36,332 nucleotides of DNA from Phormidesmis sp. (GTDB taxonomy: Bacteria; Cyanobacteriota; Cyanobacteriia; Leptolyngbyales; Leptolyngbyaceae): NCBI GenBank assembly GCA_965248535.1, contig CBDFJR010000004.1:1-36332 (forward strand), given 5' to 3'. The first letter of the stretch is position 1. Every line of letters starts with the position of its first letter. A program made the translations under genes and the position numbers. The notes below the pieces were generated by a model, which was not told where the DNA came from, ran no database searches, and worked only from the letters and a program-made list of their open reading frames with translations. Of this stretch, positions 1-10,617 are shown piece after piece.

Positions 1-61
1 GCCGGAGTTTCTAATGCTATCTGTGTAGAATTCAGATGAGACCTTTGCGATCGCCCCTACT

Positions 62-383
62 ATGCCGCAAGAATCGTCTGAGCAGCCTGAATCTAAGCCT
101 GAAAAAGATTTGACCTTACAAGATCAATTGGCAGGATTTTTGATTAAGGTTGTCAAGCTTGGAGAGGTCGGGATTGGTAGCGTTTATGGGCTTTACTCGC
201 TTTTTCTGGAAGAGAATGCAGCTAATAGCGATCGCTTCCACTCTAATAGGATTCACTTTCTCCTATGGGGCGAAGTTGCTGGAACCGATTCACCGGGGCA
301 ATGAGAAGCGGTTGGGAAAAGTAGGAGAGGCGGCTGACAAAAAGATTGATAGTTTGGTTCAAGGAACGATTCATAATGAATAA
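62..383 (+). pseudogene. Frameshifted, probably truncated membrane-protein gene fragment
   Basis: ORFs 62..304 and 150..383 join into one ~106-aa reading with two hydrophobic segments if one base near 224-227 is removed (GCT AA[T]A GCG ATC GCT gives ...ENAAKAIASTLIGFTFSYGAKLL...). Resemblance to N-termini of cyanobacterial NACHT-type proteins is from memory only. Confidence 0.5.
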
Positions 384-411
384 TTGCTTGATTTGAGAAT
401 ACCTTTGATTG

Positions 412-621
412 TTATTCCACCACTTCAACCAGATCATCGATCGTCACCTCAAAAGCCTTCGCAATTTTATAAACCGCACTCAAATCAACAGTATTCAATT
501 CGCCACGCTGCACATAGCTTTTGAGTGTACTGTAATTAACTCCAGCCCTTTTAGCGACTTCTGTAAGCGTCCAACCTCGCTCATCAGCAAGCTCTCGAAT
601 CTTTAATCTAACTAACCCCAT
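412..621 (-). CDS. XRE/Cro-C1-type helix-turn-helix transcriptional regulator
   Basis: 69 aa with the pattern LKIRELADERGWTLTEVAKRAGVNYSTLKSY...IAKAFEVTIDDLVE, typical of HTH_3/HTH_26 proteins. Confidence 0.9.
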   Translation of the reverse strand: MGLVRLKIRELADERGWTLTEVAKRAGVNYSTLKSYVQRGELNTVDLSAVYKIAKAFEVTIDDLVEVVE

Positions 622-628
622 TTAAGTC

Positions 629-657
629 TTGACATGGACGCAATTGCGTCCTTTAAT
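629..657 (+). promoter_or_regulatory. Sigma70-type promoter with a palindromic operator in the spacer
   Basis: TTGACA (629-634), 17 bp, TTTAAT (652-657). The spacer holds the perfect 16-bp palindrome GGACGCAATTGCGTCC (636-651). Confidence 0.7.
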
Positions 658-747
658 AAGGTTTGTACATTGAAAAGCGATCGCTCTTTTCGCCTGGAAA
701 ACTTGAGAGCGATCGCTACTTCTTATCCCATTACGGGAGGTAAGCAT

Positions 748-999
748 ATGATATCAGGATCGCAGCCGTCAGCAACGGTTGGTGACAGTTTTGTGCGCAG
801 TTACCGCGATCGGTTGTCTCCTTGGTGCATTATTCAGCTTTTGCCGAAGATGCAGCGCCGTGTGGTGGTTCGGTTTCGGCGGCGGAATGATGCGACGGAA
901 CATTTGCGGGTGTTGAAGCGGCTGAACCCGATCGGGGACTATGAACTCCTATTTGATGCGGCAGGTCAAGAACTAGCACAGGGTGAGGCACCGATGTAG
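748..999 (+). CDS. Small basic hypothetical protein (83 aa), divergent from the XRE gene
   Basis: GGAGG ribosome-binding site at 736-740 before ATG 748, preferred over the ORF-track start at 634, which lies inside the promoter. Core sequence YRDRLSPWCIIQLLPKMQRRVVVRFRRRNDA. Confidence 0.75.
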   Translation: MISGSQPSATVGDSFVRSYRDRLSPWCIIQLLPKMQRRVVVRFRRRNDATEHLRVLKRLNPIGDYELLFDAAGQELAQGEAPM

Positions 1000-1004
1000 C
1001 AGAT

Positions 1005-1032
1005 GAGGGGGTGCGATCACCCTCTTTCTTTC
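1005..1032 (+). terminator. Putative intrinsic terminator
   Basis: GAGGGGGTG-cgat-CACCCTCTT stem followed by a T-rich tail, just after the stop at 999. Confidence 0.55.
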
Positions 1033-1179
1033 ATGAAAAATCCTCTAACATTGCTGGTAGAGGACAGTGTTCCGGGTAAATAAGATACCTTAAACTTACA
1101 GGTTTTCTAAACTTGAAAAAGTGCACTAGCGAACAGTAAAGCGGTTCATTGTCAAAACTTTAGTTGCCTTTATAACTCT

Positions 1180-2151
1180 ATGCCGACCTATACCGGAATT
1201 TCTAGCGAAGCGTTTAGACACCCTCTCGATCGCCAAGCCGAACAAGCGCTCCGCAGCATCCCAGGGTTTGATGGGGTGGCACGAACATTTGTGGAGTTTA
1301 TCTATGAGCGTCCTCGGTTTGTCTATTTGATGGGGAACAGCATTCAGGTCGGGCCGCGCCAATATGCCAGTGTTTATCAGATTTTTCGCGAGTGCTTGCG
1401 AGATTTAGATATTCAGTCAGAGCCGACGCTGTTTGTTTCTCAGGCTCCTCTGGTTAATGCTTATGCGCTGGGACAAGAGCGCCCGTGTGTGGTGCTGAAT
1501 ACGGGACTGTTGGATTTGTTGAGCGATGTGGAACTGCGATCGGTGATTGCCCACGAACTCGGACACCTCAAATGTGGTCACACAACTCTGACGCAGATGG
1601 CAATGTGGGTCAGCACGGTGATCTCTGGATTGGCAGAGATGACGTTTGGGTTGAGCAGTCTGATCAGCACAGGCTTGCTCTTAGGGTTTTATGAATGGGC
1701 CCGCAAAGCCGAACTGTCTGCCGATCGGGCCGCTCTGTTAGTGATGGGTGATCTCAACCCTGTGTTGCAAAGCATGATGCGACTGGCGGGAGGCAGCAGC
1801 AAATATGCCCATGAGGTGAGTCTAGAAGAGTTTGCGCGTCAGAGCGATCGCTATCAAGAACTCGACCAAGACGGACTCAATCAGGTTTACAAATTCTTGC
1901 TTTATAACAACGTCTCTGAGGGTGTTTTTCTGACCCATCCGTTCACCGTCGAGCGGGTTCGCTATCTTCAAGAGTGGTCAAACTCTCAGGAGTATCGCCA
2001 AATTCGTCAGGGTGAGTATCCACGATCGGGGGCAGAAGGCGCAGTCAACGTTCCGAGAGAGACAGCTAGCGCAACGGATGCTGAGCAACTACGACGACAG
2101 ATTGAAGCATTGCAGCAGGAAATCGACCAGATCAAGCGCGCTGATGAATAG
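1180..2151 (+). CDS. M48 family zinc metallopeptidase with C-terminal coiled coil
   Basis: NAYALG, AHELGH (HExxH), ELSADR and THP motifs; C-terminal EQLRRQIEALQQEIDQIK. Confidence 0.92.
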   Translation: MPTYTGISSEAFRHPLDRQAEQALRSIPGFDGVARTFVEFIYERPRFVYLMGNSIQVGPRQYASVYQIFRECLRDLDIQSEPTLFVSQAPLVNAYALGQERPCVVLNTGLLDLLSDVELRSVIAHELGHLKCGHTTLTQMAMWVSTVISGLAEMTFGLSSLISTGLLLGFYEWARKAELSADRAALLVMGDLNPVLQSMMRLAGGSSKYAHEVSLEEFARQSDRYQELDQDGLNQVYKFLLYNNVSEGVFLTHPFTVERVRYLQEWSNSQEYRQIRQGEYPRSGAEGAVNVPRETASATDAEQLRRQIEALQQEIDQIKRADE

Positions 2152-2159
2152 CCGCTGCT

Positions 2160-3782
2160 TCACCAAATTCCGCGTTTGCCCGTAGGTCTGATCGTCATCC
2201 AGTTTGTTCGGGCCATTGTCAACTGCTCAGGACTCAACTTTGCCCCGGTGAGATTGGCCCCACAAAGATTGGCACCCCGCAGGTTTGCATTGAGTAAGTA
2301 GGCCCCACTCAGGTCTGCGCCCCGCAAGTCAGCCCCCTCTAGGTCAGCATTGCTGAGATAAGCTTTGGTCAAATTGGCATCACGCAAATTAGCGTGACTG
2401 AGATTGGCGCGTCCAAAGTTAGCGCTGATCAGGTTGGCTCCTTGAAGATTGACTCTCCGAAAGTTTGCCTGATGGAAAACGGCATTCGATAAATCAACTT
2501 TTGCCAGCACTAACTCTGCTAAATCATAGGAAGCAAAATCTCGTTTCCCTTTGCTGTAATAGCTCTTTAGCCCTTGAGCATCTAGTTTGGGTGAGCTACT
2601 CGATTGTCCTCCTCCAGAGGTTGCAGTGCGTCCACTAGAGTCACGGCCCTTAGCAACCGTGGTGGGTGGCTTGGCAGCTAAAACGCGGTTGCGAGTCAGC
2701 CCAGACTGGAGGCTGGTCGATTCAGTGCGGGTCTGACGTGCTCTAATCGCCATCGCCGCACGAGCGTTGGGCGAGGCGGAGGGAGAATCTTGAGAATCCA
2801 TTCCAGATGTGTCGCCTCGCCTGCGCCCGGCGCTATTGGGCTTGGCGGGCACGTTTGTCATGCCGCTGGCCAAACTTTCTAGATAGGGTTCCATGTCTAA
2901 ATCTCGGAGAATCTCGTTGGCCGACTGATAGCGGTGACGAACGGAGACTTCTAGCATTTTTCTGAGAACTTTGGCAAAGTGATCACTCACCTGGACTTGT
3001 TTTTGCCAAACTAGCTCTCCGGTGGCGGGGTCATAATCTAAGTCTTTAGGCGATTTTCCGATTAGCAGATAGATGCAGGTGACTCCCAGCGCATAGAGGT
3101 CGCTGGCATAGACCGGACGCATTGCCATTTGTTCAGGGGGGGCAAAGCCGGGGGTGCCGATCGCATAAGACGTGAGGGCAGTCTGTTCTGAGAGACTCGC
3201 GTTTATATCGCTCACCTGATTTTTGACCGCCCCAAAGTCGATCAACACCAGCTTGCAATCGTGCGATCGCCGAATTAAGTTGGCAGGCTTAATGTCGCGG
3301 TGAATGACTTGATGACTGTGAATATATTGCAGAATAGGCAAAATTTCGCTGAGAAAGACTTTAATTTTTAGTTCGCCAAAGGTGCCTTCTCGCTTGACTT
3401 CTTGTTGGAGCGTGGCTCCACTGACATATTCTTGAACTAGATAAAATTCTTGATTGGCCTCAAAATAGTCTAGAAGCTGAGGAATTTGGGGATGGTTACC
3501 AATCTTTCCGAGGGTGCGGGCTTCTCGCTCAAATAAATCTCGTGCCATCTGCAAAATGTGGGGGGCAGTGGCAGTGGGGCGTAGCTGCTTAATCACGCAG
3601 TGGGGCTGACCCGGCAATTTTTCGTTGCAGGCTAAAAAGGTCGCGCCAAAGCCGCCTTGTCCGAGAGCGTGCAGAATCCGAAAGCGATCGTTGAGCAATA
3701 GCTTAGAGCCACAGGCCTGACACGATTCAGTGTGGATTAGGTTTTCAGGGTGTGGACAGACTGGATTCAAGCAGTAGCTCAT
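2160..3782 (-). CDS. spkB: Ser/Thr protein kinase with N-terminal Cys-rich ribbon and C-terminal pentapeptide repeats (SpkB-like)
   Basis: MSYCLNPVC...CQACG; LGQGGFG, HRDIKPAN, DFG and GTPGFAPPEQ kinase motifs; A(N/D)Lxx pentapeptide repeats. The gene symbol is inferred from domain architecture. Confidence 0.85.
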   Translation of the reverse strand: MSYCLNPVCPHPENLIHTESCQACGSKLLLNDRFRILHALGQGGFGATFLACNEKLPGQPHCVIKQLRPTATAPHILQMARDLFEREARTLGKIGNHPQIPQLLDYFEANQEFYLVQEYVSGATLQQEVKREGTFGELKIKVFLSEILPILQYIHSHQVIHRDIKPANLIRRSHDCKLVLIDFGAVKNQVSDINASLSEQTALTSYAIGTPGFAPPEQMAMRPVYASDLYALGVTCIYLLIGKSPKDLDYDPATGELVWQKQVQVSDHFAKVLRKMLEVSVRHRYQSANEILRDLDMEPYLESLASGMTNVPAKPNSAGRRRGDTSGMDSQDSPSASPNARAAMAIRARQTRTESTSLQSGLTRNRVLAAKPPTTVAKGRDSSGRTATSGGGQSSSSPKLDAQGLKSYYSKGKRDFASYDLAELVLAKVDLSNAVFHQANFRRVNLQGANLISANFGRANLSHANLRDANLTKAYLSNADLEGADLRGADLSGAYLLNANLRGANLCGANLTGAKLSPEQLTMARTNWMTIRPTGKRGIW

Positions 3783-4626
3783 TCAGCATTACCCGCGTTG
3801 ATTGTGAGTAGTGGGATATTGCTACCCTGCCCTGATGATCTGGGCGCAGACTTGATGACTATAAGGTCATAGATGGCGGCGATTCATTAAAGAGTCTCTA
3901 AAGTTGAGTGATTTCAACTTAAAGTCTCTATAAACTAGCAGCGTTGGTGCCCCTAATTTGCTGAATGCTCCTGGTTATACAGGATACCCACGCGGTCAGG
4001 GTCTGCCAACAACAATAGCGCGAACTTTCCTTTCAGAATGGACAATTTTGAGAGAGATTGGGCGATCGCGCAAAGGCCGCCTAGAGCCGAGTCAACTAAA
4101 AGACGATTACTCAGAATTTTAGAACACCTTCTCCTTAGAATCGTAGACTGTGAAAATCAAGCTTGTCTAGGTAGGTTTTGATGACATTGGAAGGGCGACC
4201 GTCTGAGACTAGGCTCTCAAGACAGCCTAGGGCTGATTTGCTCCCTCTCGAAGCTCCCTTAACGTTCTTAAATAGGAACAGAGTTTTGACAAAGCTCGTT
4301 CATATAAGGGAATTTAGGGATTCTTCAAGAGGTTTCTCTAAGGTGGGAGAGCTTGCAGATAGCCCTGATCGTAGAGGTGATATTCATCTCCTGCTACTTA
4401 ATACTTGAGCTAACTATAACTTCCGTAAGTTTGTGAGAGATCACCCTGAAATTAAGCCAGAAACCCCACACAAAACACTGAGAAGATTCTGTAGCAAAAA
4501 GAAAACTATTTCTATTTTGACGAGTGGATGAAGAGATTGGGGAGATGAGTCAGACCCCTCTCTGTCTCATCCTTTGCCTGGGAGCGGTAGAATGATTCAG
4601 ATTGACGTAGATCAAAAGCAGGCTCA

Positions 4627-7077
4627 ATGCGTATTTCTCTGAACTGGCTGCGGGAACTAGTGGATATTTCAATGCCGCCGGAGGCTTTGGCTGAAATGCT
4701 GACGATGGCAGGGTTTGAGGTAGAAGACATTGAAGACCGCCGCACCTGGGCAGAGGGGGTAGTGGTGGGCAAAGTGCTAGAGCGCGACCCTCATCCCAAT
4801 GCTGATCGCTTGAGTGTTTGCAAAGTCGATATCGGGGGAGATGCGCCTTCGACGATCGTTTGCGGAGCGGCCAATGTGCGATCGGACATTTTTGTGGCGG
4901 TGGCAACGCTGGGAACTTATTTGCCCAAGGTTGACCTGAAGATCAAGCCCGCTAAGTTGCGGGGTGTTGCTTCAGAGGGAATGATCTGTTCGTTATCTGA
5001 AGTGGGGCTGACCAAAGAATCAGACGGTATCCACATCTTTGATGAGTCGGTGTTGGGGGCGCTCAAGCCCGGACAGGATGCTCGACCTCTGCTAGGGCTA
5101 GATGACGTAATTTTAGATCTGACCTCAACGGCCAATCGGGCCGATGCGCTGAGTATGGTAGGCGTGGCCCGCGAGATTGTGGCGCTCACTGGTGTGGCGC
5201 TGAGATTGCCGCAGGCAGAAAAGCCCACGGTTCAACAACTCGCTGGGGGCGGCAGTTTGGCAGTCAAGGTTTTAGAGTCTCAGGCTTGCCCGACCTATAT
5301 TGGCACCACGATCGTGGGCGTAACCATCGCGCCGTCTCCGCTATGGCTGCAACAACGCCTACAATCTGCGGGCATTCGGCCAATTAGTAATGTGGTCGAT
5401 GTCACAAACTACGTTCTCTTAGAGTGGGGGCAGCCGCTTCACGCTTTTGATCGCGATCGCCTTGTCACCGTGGCGGGCAGTGATGCGTTGACGATCGGGG
5501 TGCGCTTTGCTCAAGCTGAAGAATCGCTCAAAACCCTAGACGGCACTACTCGGACGCTCTACGAGCAAACGCTTTTGATCACGGCAAACGACCAGCCCGT
5601 GGCCCTGGCAGGGGTGATGGGCGGCGCAGAAACCGAGGTCTATGAGGGCACTCAGAATTTGATGCTAGAGGCGGCTCTTTTTGACACGGCGGCGATTCGG
5701 CGATCGGCGCGATCTCAAGGCTTGCGGACTGAAGCATCGGCGCGCTATGAGCGCGGGGTAAATTGGGCAGAGCTAGAAACCGCCTGCCGTCGAGCTTTAA
5801 AGCTGATTGTTGAATTGGCGGGGGGCACGATCGTGGCTCAAGAAACCGCAGATTCTCGCTTGAGTGAGGCGGCCTTGACCCGAACGATCACGCTGCGCCT
5901 AGAGCGGGTCAATCAAGTGCTGGGCATGGTTGAGTTAGATGACGATATTGGCGATCTCCCGGCTAGAGATGTCGAGCGGACTCTTTCGGCCTTGGGCTGT
6001 GAGCTTGCGGTGATCAAGCCCGATGTTTGGTCGGTAACAGTGCCGTTTTATCGCCATCGTGACTTAGAGCGGGAGATCGATCTGATCGAAGAGATCGCTC
6101 GAATCTATGGCTACAACAAATTCTGCGACACGTTGCCTGAGAAGACAGAGCCGGGATATTTGTCGATCGAGCAAGCCATCACCCGCAAACTCCGCGAGTC
6201 GCTGCGCGCTGCTGGGTTGACCGAGTTGATTCACTATTCGCTGGGTAAACCGGAGTCAGAGAGTCAAGTGATTCTCGCTAACCCTCTGTTTACTGAATAT
6301 TCTGCCCTACGGACTGATTTGATTTCGGGCTTGATCGATGCGTTTCAGTTCAACTTAGAGCAGGGGAACGGGGCGCTGAACGGCTTTGAGTTTGGTCATG
6401 TGTTTTCACGCGAAGAAGACGGCTTGACCGAAGCCGAGTTTATCGCCGGAATTATGGGCGGCGACCCGACTCACGGTAAATGGGTGCGAAGTGGACGAGA
6501 GCAGCCCCTGTCTTGGTTTGAGGCTAAGGGAATGTTGGATGCGGTGTTTAAGCGAGTGGGGTTGGCGATCGAATATCAGCCCGATCGCCGCGACGAGCGG
6601 CTGCACCCCGGACGGACGGCCTCGCTCTGGAGTCAGGGCAATCGCCTCGGCACCTTTGGGCAACTCCATCCTCAACTCAGGCAAGAGCGCGATCTGCCCG
6701 ATGAAGTCTATGTGTTTCAACTCGATCTGAATGTGGCGATCGCTCAACTCGAACAAGATGAGATTCTGATCCCCACGTTTCAGTCTTATTCGACTTATCC
6801 GTCGTCTGATCGCGATCTGGCATTTTATATCCCCACGACGGTTGCTGTAGCAGAGTTGAAGCGGTTAATGACCAAGACAGGCGGCAAACTGTTGGAATCG
6901 GTTGAGTTATTTGATGAATATCGGGGCGATCGCGTGCCCGAAGGTCAGCGCAGTTTGGCATTTCGACTGGTTTATCGAGCGGACGATCGCACCCTCACCG
7001 ATGACGACATTGCACCCCTGCAACAAAAGGTGCGCGAGGCGTTAGTCGAGAAATTTAGAGTCGAACTGAGAAGCTAG
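4627..7077 (+). CDS. pheT: Phenylalanine--tRNA ligase beta subunit
   Basis: [67 protein letters not shown] and a C-terminal anticodon-binding domain. Confidence 0.98.
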   Translation: MRISLNWLRELVDISMPPEALAEMLTMAGFEVEDIEDRRTWAEGVVVGKVLERDPHPNADRLSVCKVDIGGDAPSTIVCGAANVRSDIFVAVATLGTYLPKVDLKIKPAKLRGVASEGMICSLSEVGLTKESDGIHIFDESVLGALKPGQDARPLLGLDDVILDLTSTANRADALSMVGVAREIVALTGVALRLPQAEKPTVQQLAGGGSLAVKVLESQACPTYIGTTIVGVTIAPSPLWLQQRLQSAGIRPISNVVDVTNYVLLEWGQPLHAFDRDRLVTVAGSDALTIGVRFAQAEESLKTLDGTTRTLYEQTLLITANDQPVALAGVMGGAETEVYEGTQNLMLEAALFDTAAIRRSARSQGLRTEASARYERGVNWAELETACRRALKLIVELAGGTIVAQETADSRLSEAALTRTITLRLERVNQVLGMVELDDDIGDLPARDVERTLSALGCELAVIKPDVWSVTVPFYRHRDLEREIDLIEEIARIYGYNKFCDTLPEKTEPGYLSIEQAITRKLRESLRAAGLTELIHYSLGKPESESQVILANPLFTEYSALRTDLISGLIDAFQFNLEQGNGALNGFEFGHVFSREEDGLTEAEFIAGIMGGDPTHGKWVRSGREQPLSWFEAKGMLDAVFKRVGLAIEYQPDRRDERLHPGRTASLWSQGNRLGTFGQLHPQLRQERDLPDEVYVFQLDLNVAIAQLEQDEILIPTFQSYSTYPSSDRDLAFYIPTTVAVAELKRLMTKTGGKLLESVELFDEYRGDRVPEGQRSLAFRLVYRADDRTLTDDDIAPLQQKVREALVEKFRVELRS

Positions 7078-7085
7078 GAGCGTGA

Positions 7086-7358
7086 ATGATGCCCAAATAT
7101 GTGATGTGGGGAAGCTATTGTGAGGACGTTCTAGAAAAACGGACTCCCTATCGTCAGGCCCATTTAGACGGGCTGGCAACCCAAAAAGCGGCAGGCGTGC
7201 TGGTGACGATCGGGCCCACCAAGGATGTCACCAAAGTTTTTGGGATCTATGACGCGCCAGACGAGGCAACCGTGCGTCAGATCGTGGAAGCTGACCCCTA
7301 TTGGCAGCATCAGATCTGGACTGACTATGACGTGAAAGAGTGGATTCAAGCCGTGTGA
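7086..7358 (+). CDS. YciI family protein
   Basis: R..HL, GP and DPY motifs in a 90-aa protein. Confidence 0.88.
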   Translation: MMPKYVMWGSYCEDVLEKRTPYRQAHLDGLATQKAAGVLVTIGPTKDVTKVFGIYDAPDEATVRQIVEADPYWQHQIWTDYDVKEWIQAV

Positions 7359-7375
7359 ACTGGATGGGAGCCGAT

Positions 7376-7882
7376 CTAACGTCCGTTGAGTTGGTTGACC
7401 AGATGCACGAGTTCTGGAAGGATTAATTTTTCTAGAGCCAGCCTGACGGCATTTGAAGAACCTGGAACCGAAAAGATCAGCTTGCCGCTATAGACTCCAG
7501 CGATCGCTCTAGATGCGATCGCTCGTGACCCAATTTCTTGATAGCTGAGAACCCTAAAAAGCTCTCCAAACCCTGGCAGCGTTTTTTCTAGAAGAGCCGC
7601 GATCGCGTCATAAGTCGTGTCTCTGGGGGCGATGCCCGTTCCGCCATTGACGATAATGGCTTCTAGATCCTGCCGTTGGCTGAGACTCTGAAGCTGTGAA
7701 CGAATCTGATCTGGTTCATCCTTGACCAGGATGTATGCCCCGATCGAGTGCCCCGCATTGCCTAAAAGCTGCTGGGTCAGTTGACCACTGCGATCGGTTT
7801 CGGGGGTGCGAGTGTCGCTCACGGTAATAACAGCACAAGCCACTGTCATACCGAGAGCGTCAGGGTGAGGAGGATGGGTCAT
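7376..7882 (-). CDS. MogA/MoaB family molybdenum cofactor biosynthesis protein
   Basis: VITVSD, D.SG, GGTGIAPRDTT, LPGFGELFR, SRA and PGS motifs. Confidence 0.93.
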   Translation of the reverse strand: MTHPPHPDALGMTVACAVITVSDTRTPETDRSGQLTQQLLGNAGHSIGAYILVKDEPDQIRSQLQSLSQRQDLEAIIVNGGTGIAPRDTTYDAIAALLEKTLPGFGELFRVLSYQEIGSRAIASRAIAGVYSGKLIFSVPGSSNAVRLALEKLILPELVHLVNQLNGR

Positions 7883-7891
7883 GAAGTCTGA

Positions 7892-8230
7892 CTATGACGA
7901 CTTAGAAAAGCCTAAACCATTGCGTTCAGCATAGCGTTCCATAAAGCGCATGAAGCGATCCCACTCTTCGACTGACTTCATCACATAGAGAGCTTCTAGG
8001 GCTTCGGGCTTGCCGTTGACAAACTTGGCATTGACTTCGCGGGTGATGATTTCGCCCTCTTCGTCGATCATATATAGCCCTGTGACATCTTCGGTGACAT
8101 CATTGCTCAAAGCGGTGGGCTTCTCAAAATAGAAGGTGGCCGTTCCATTTGTGCCGTCTTTAGAGCGGGTCAACCGCACATCAGGAATCACATCTTCATC
8201 AACACCCCTGGAAAATTGCATTTGCGCCAT
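7892..8230 (-). CDS. psb28: Photosystem II assembly factor Psb28
   Basis: [19 protein letters not shown]...MIDEEGEI...[22 protein letters not shown]. Confidence 0.97.
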   Translation of the reverse strand: MAQMQFSRGVDEDVIPDVRLTRSKDGTNGTATFYFEKPTALSNDVTEDVTGLYMIDEEGEIITREVNAKFVNGKPEALEALYVMKSVEEWDRFMRFMERYAERNGLGFSKSS

Positions 8231-8289
8231 AGTTATAAAATTGCGATCGTGGTTCAGTCAATTTATATTCTCCCATTTTACGGAACCCT

Positions 8290-8327
8290 AAAAAAGGGGA
8301 AGGGATCAGGTTTTAAGCTGATCCTTC
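8290..8327 (-). terminator. Putative intrinsic terminator after the SLH gene
   Basis: Minus strand reads GAAGGATCAG-cttaaaac-CTGATCCCTTC, then CCCTTTTTT. Confidence 0.6.
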
Positions 8328-8333
8328 ATGGGT

Positions 8334-10617
8334 CTAAGCGTTGACAATATACTGCGAGTTGAGCGATGCCACGCGGCCGTCGCGCACTAGGGTTTGATAG
8401 ACCATTGCAGACACTTCGGCTCTTGTTGCATCCCGATTGGGGCTAAATTGGCGCACGTTGGGGTAGTTGACAATAATCCGATCTTGGGTGGCGGCGGCGA
8501 CGCGATCGAGCACGTTTTGCGGGATGGCGCTGCGATCGTCATATAAATTCAGGGCGCTGACATCTCCGGGCGGCAGGTTAAATCCACTGGCGAGTGACAG
8601 CACTAGCTGAAGTCGGGTCACATTCTGATTGGGTTTAAAGGTGCCGTCAGGAAACCCGGAAATAAAACCTGCCCGATAGGACTGATCGATCATCGGCTTT
8701 GCCCAAAAGTCGGCGGCCACATCAGGAAACTTGAAGGCTTCGCGTTTAGCAGCCGGGTTAAAGGCTTTGGCGATAATGGTGGCATATTGGGCGCGGGTCA
8801 TCGGGGCATCGGGTTGAAAACTGCCGTCCGCAAACCCCTTAATAAAGTTCTGATTGGCTAACCCCAACACAAAGTCTTTGGCCCAGTGCTGCTGAATATC
8901 GGCAAACATCGCCACTGAAGTATTGGCATCGACGATGAAGGCAGACGCGATCGCGGGGGCGCGATTGGTTGCCACTAGAGATTGATAAACCAGAGCGGCG
9001 ACCTCAGCACGGGTGATATCCATCGCGGGTCGCAGTTGCGCCACATTGGGGTGGTTGACCACCAGACGCTTTTGAGTGGCGGTCGCGACTAAATCGGTGG
9101 CATAGCTAGGAATCTCTGCCCGATCGCTATAAATGCCCACCGCACTGGATGTTCCACCTGTTAGACCTAACCCGTTGACGAGAGACACAAGCGCCTGAAC
9201 GCGAGTCAAATTGAGGCCGGGGCGAAAGGTGCCGTCGGGAAAGCCCGCAATAAAGCCCATGCGGTTAGATTTGGTGATGAAGTCAAGCGCCCAGAAGTTT
9301 TGGGGCACGTCTGAGAAGGTTGTGGCGGTTTGTTTGAGCGGCAGATCATAGGCTTTGGCGACGATCGCGGCATATTGAGCACGGGTCAGCGGGGCTTCGG
9401 GCTTGAAAGTGCCATCGGGGAAGCCGCTGATCAGATTTCGACTGATCAATCCTTGAATGAAGGTTTCTGCCCAGTGGCCGCGAATGTCGCTTAACCCACT
9501 GCTGGGCGCGGGGGTCGGGTCGGACCGGAGTTGGGAGTCGGAACGGGAACGGGAATCGGGGTAGGTGCTGGAGTTGGAACCGGAATCGGTGCGGGAATTG
9601 GGATTGGAACGGGAATCGGAGTCGGAACGGAATGGGAATCGGAACTGGACTAGGCGTTGGGGTGGGTACCGGAACTGGGCTAGGCGTTGGGGCGGGCGTA
9701 GGCGTTGGGGTGGGTGCCGGAGTCGGGACTTCGCTAACGAGAAACTCGATCGGGCCTTGCACTTTATTGGGCGTTAGCTGGTTGCCCGCCGACGCGATCG
9801 TAACGGGTGGACTGGTGACATTTTGAACATCAAATTCACCATTGTCTCGAAAGATGTTGCCGCCGGGGTCTTGACTGCTGCCTAAGTTAGGAGCCGATCG
9901 CTCTAGGGAGACTAGCCCGCTTTCGGTGTTGCGCTCTACGGTGTTGCCGCGCAAAACCGGACGGGCGGCTTTTGACAACACAATGCCAGAGCGGTTTTCA
10001 AAGATGCGGCTGTCGGTGATTAGCGGCGCGGCGTTGTCTCCGATCGCTAGCCCAAACCCAGTATTCTGAAAAACGTTGCGGCGAAATTCGCCCTTGGTGT
10101 CACGAACGATCGACACGCCATTGGCAGCATTTTGAAAAAACACGTTGTCATTGACGATCGGGTTGGCGGTGCCTGTCGCAAACACGCCTTCTCGTTTGCA
10201 GTTGACAAAGGTGCAGTTGGCGATCGTCGGAGCGGTCGATTCAATCCAGGCTCCGGTGCCGCGTGTTTCAGAGTTAGTGACCGTGACTCCGCGCAGTTGG
10301 GCGTTGTTTTCTAGCTTAAAGGTCACCATCTGATTGGCAAACGTGGGGCTAGCAAAGGTGCCGCCGCCTGTGATTTGAATGCCGCTGCCTTTATTGGATT
10401 CGTTGCCCAGCACCGTCACCCCAGAGGGAATGACGATCGGAAAAACTTCGCCCGATGCCGTGCTGTAGGTGCCAGGGGCGAGTTGAATTTTGGTTCCAGA
10501 TTTAATCTGTTGCAGAGCACGGGCGATCGTCTTAAAGGGCGCGGCTTGGCTGCCTGCTGCGCTATCGCTGCCGCTCGTCGGGTTGACAAAAAGAGTAGGA
10601 GACGGGGACTGAACCAT
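8334..10617 (-). CDS. DUF1565/parallel beta-helix domain, Pro-Thr linker and two SLH triads; frameshifted in this sequence
   Basis: N-terminal LFVNP..GSD...PFKTIARAL..IQLAPGTYS...GEVFP and beta-helix repeats. C-terminal D..GHWA, GFPDGTFKP...TRA SLH repeats. ORFs 9346..10617 and 8334..9449 join through PTPAPSSGLSDIRGHWAETFIQGL once indels at about 9518-9630 are corrected. Confidence 0.85.
9505..9730 (-). repeat. Low-complexity (Pro-X)n linker coding repeat
   Basis: Imperfect 6-bp period encoding PTPAPTPTPTPAPTPSPVPVP...PIPVP. Confidence 0.9.

Noticed and set aside
634..747. N-terminal extension of the ORF-track gene 634..999
   Set aside because: It overlaps the promoter, operator and leader hairpin; ATG 748 has a clear GGAGG site.
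1074..1079. GGGTAA, a possible SigF-type promoter element before the M48 peptidase
   Set aside because: A single hexamer is too weak without transcription start data.
4178..4408. 76-aa ORF in the kinase-pheT gap
   Set aside because: TTG start, no recognisable motif and no support; probably chance.
4627..7077. pheT without an adjacent pheS
   Set aside because: Separation of pheS and pheT is common in cyanobacteria.
9505..9730. Repeat tract as a possible CRISPR or STRR array
   Set aside because: 6-bp coding periodicity, with no constant repeat and unique spacers.
9565..9826. Gly-Val and Glu-Ser/Arg repeat ORFs on the plus strand
   Set aside because: Antisense shadows of the Pro-Thr linker.
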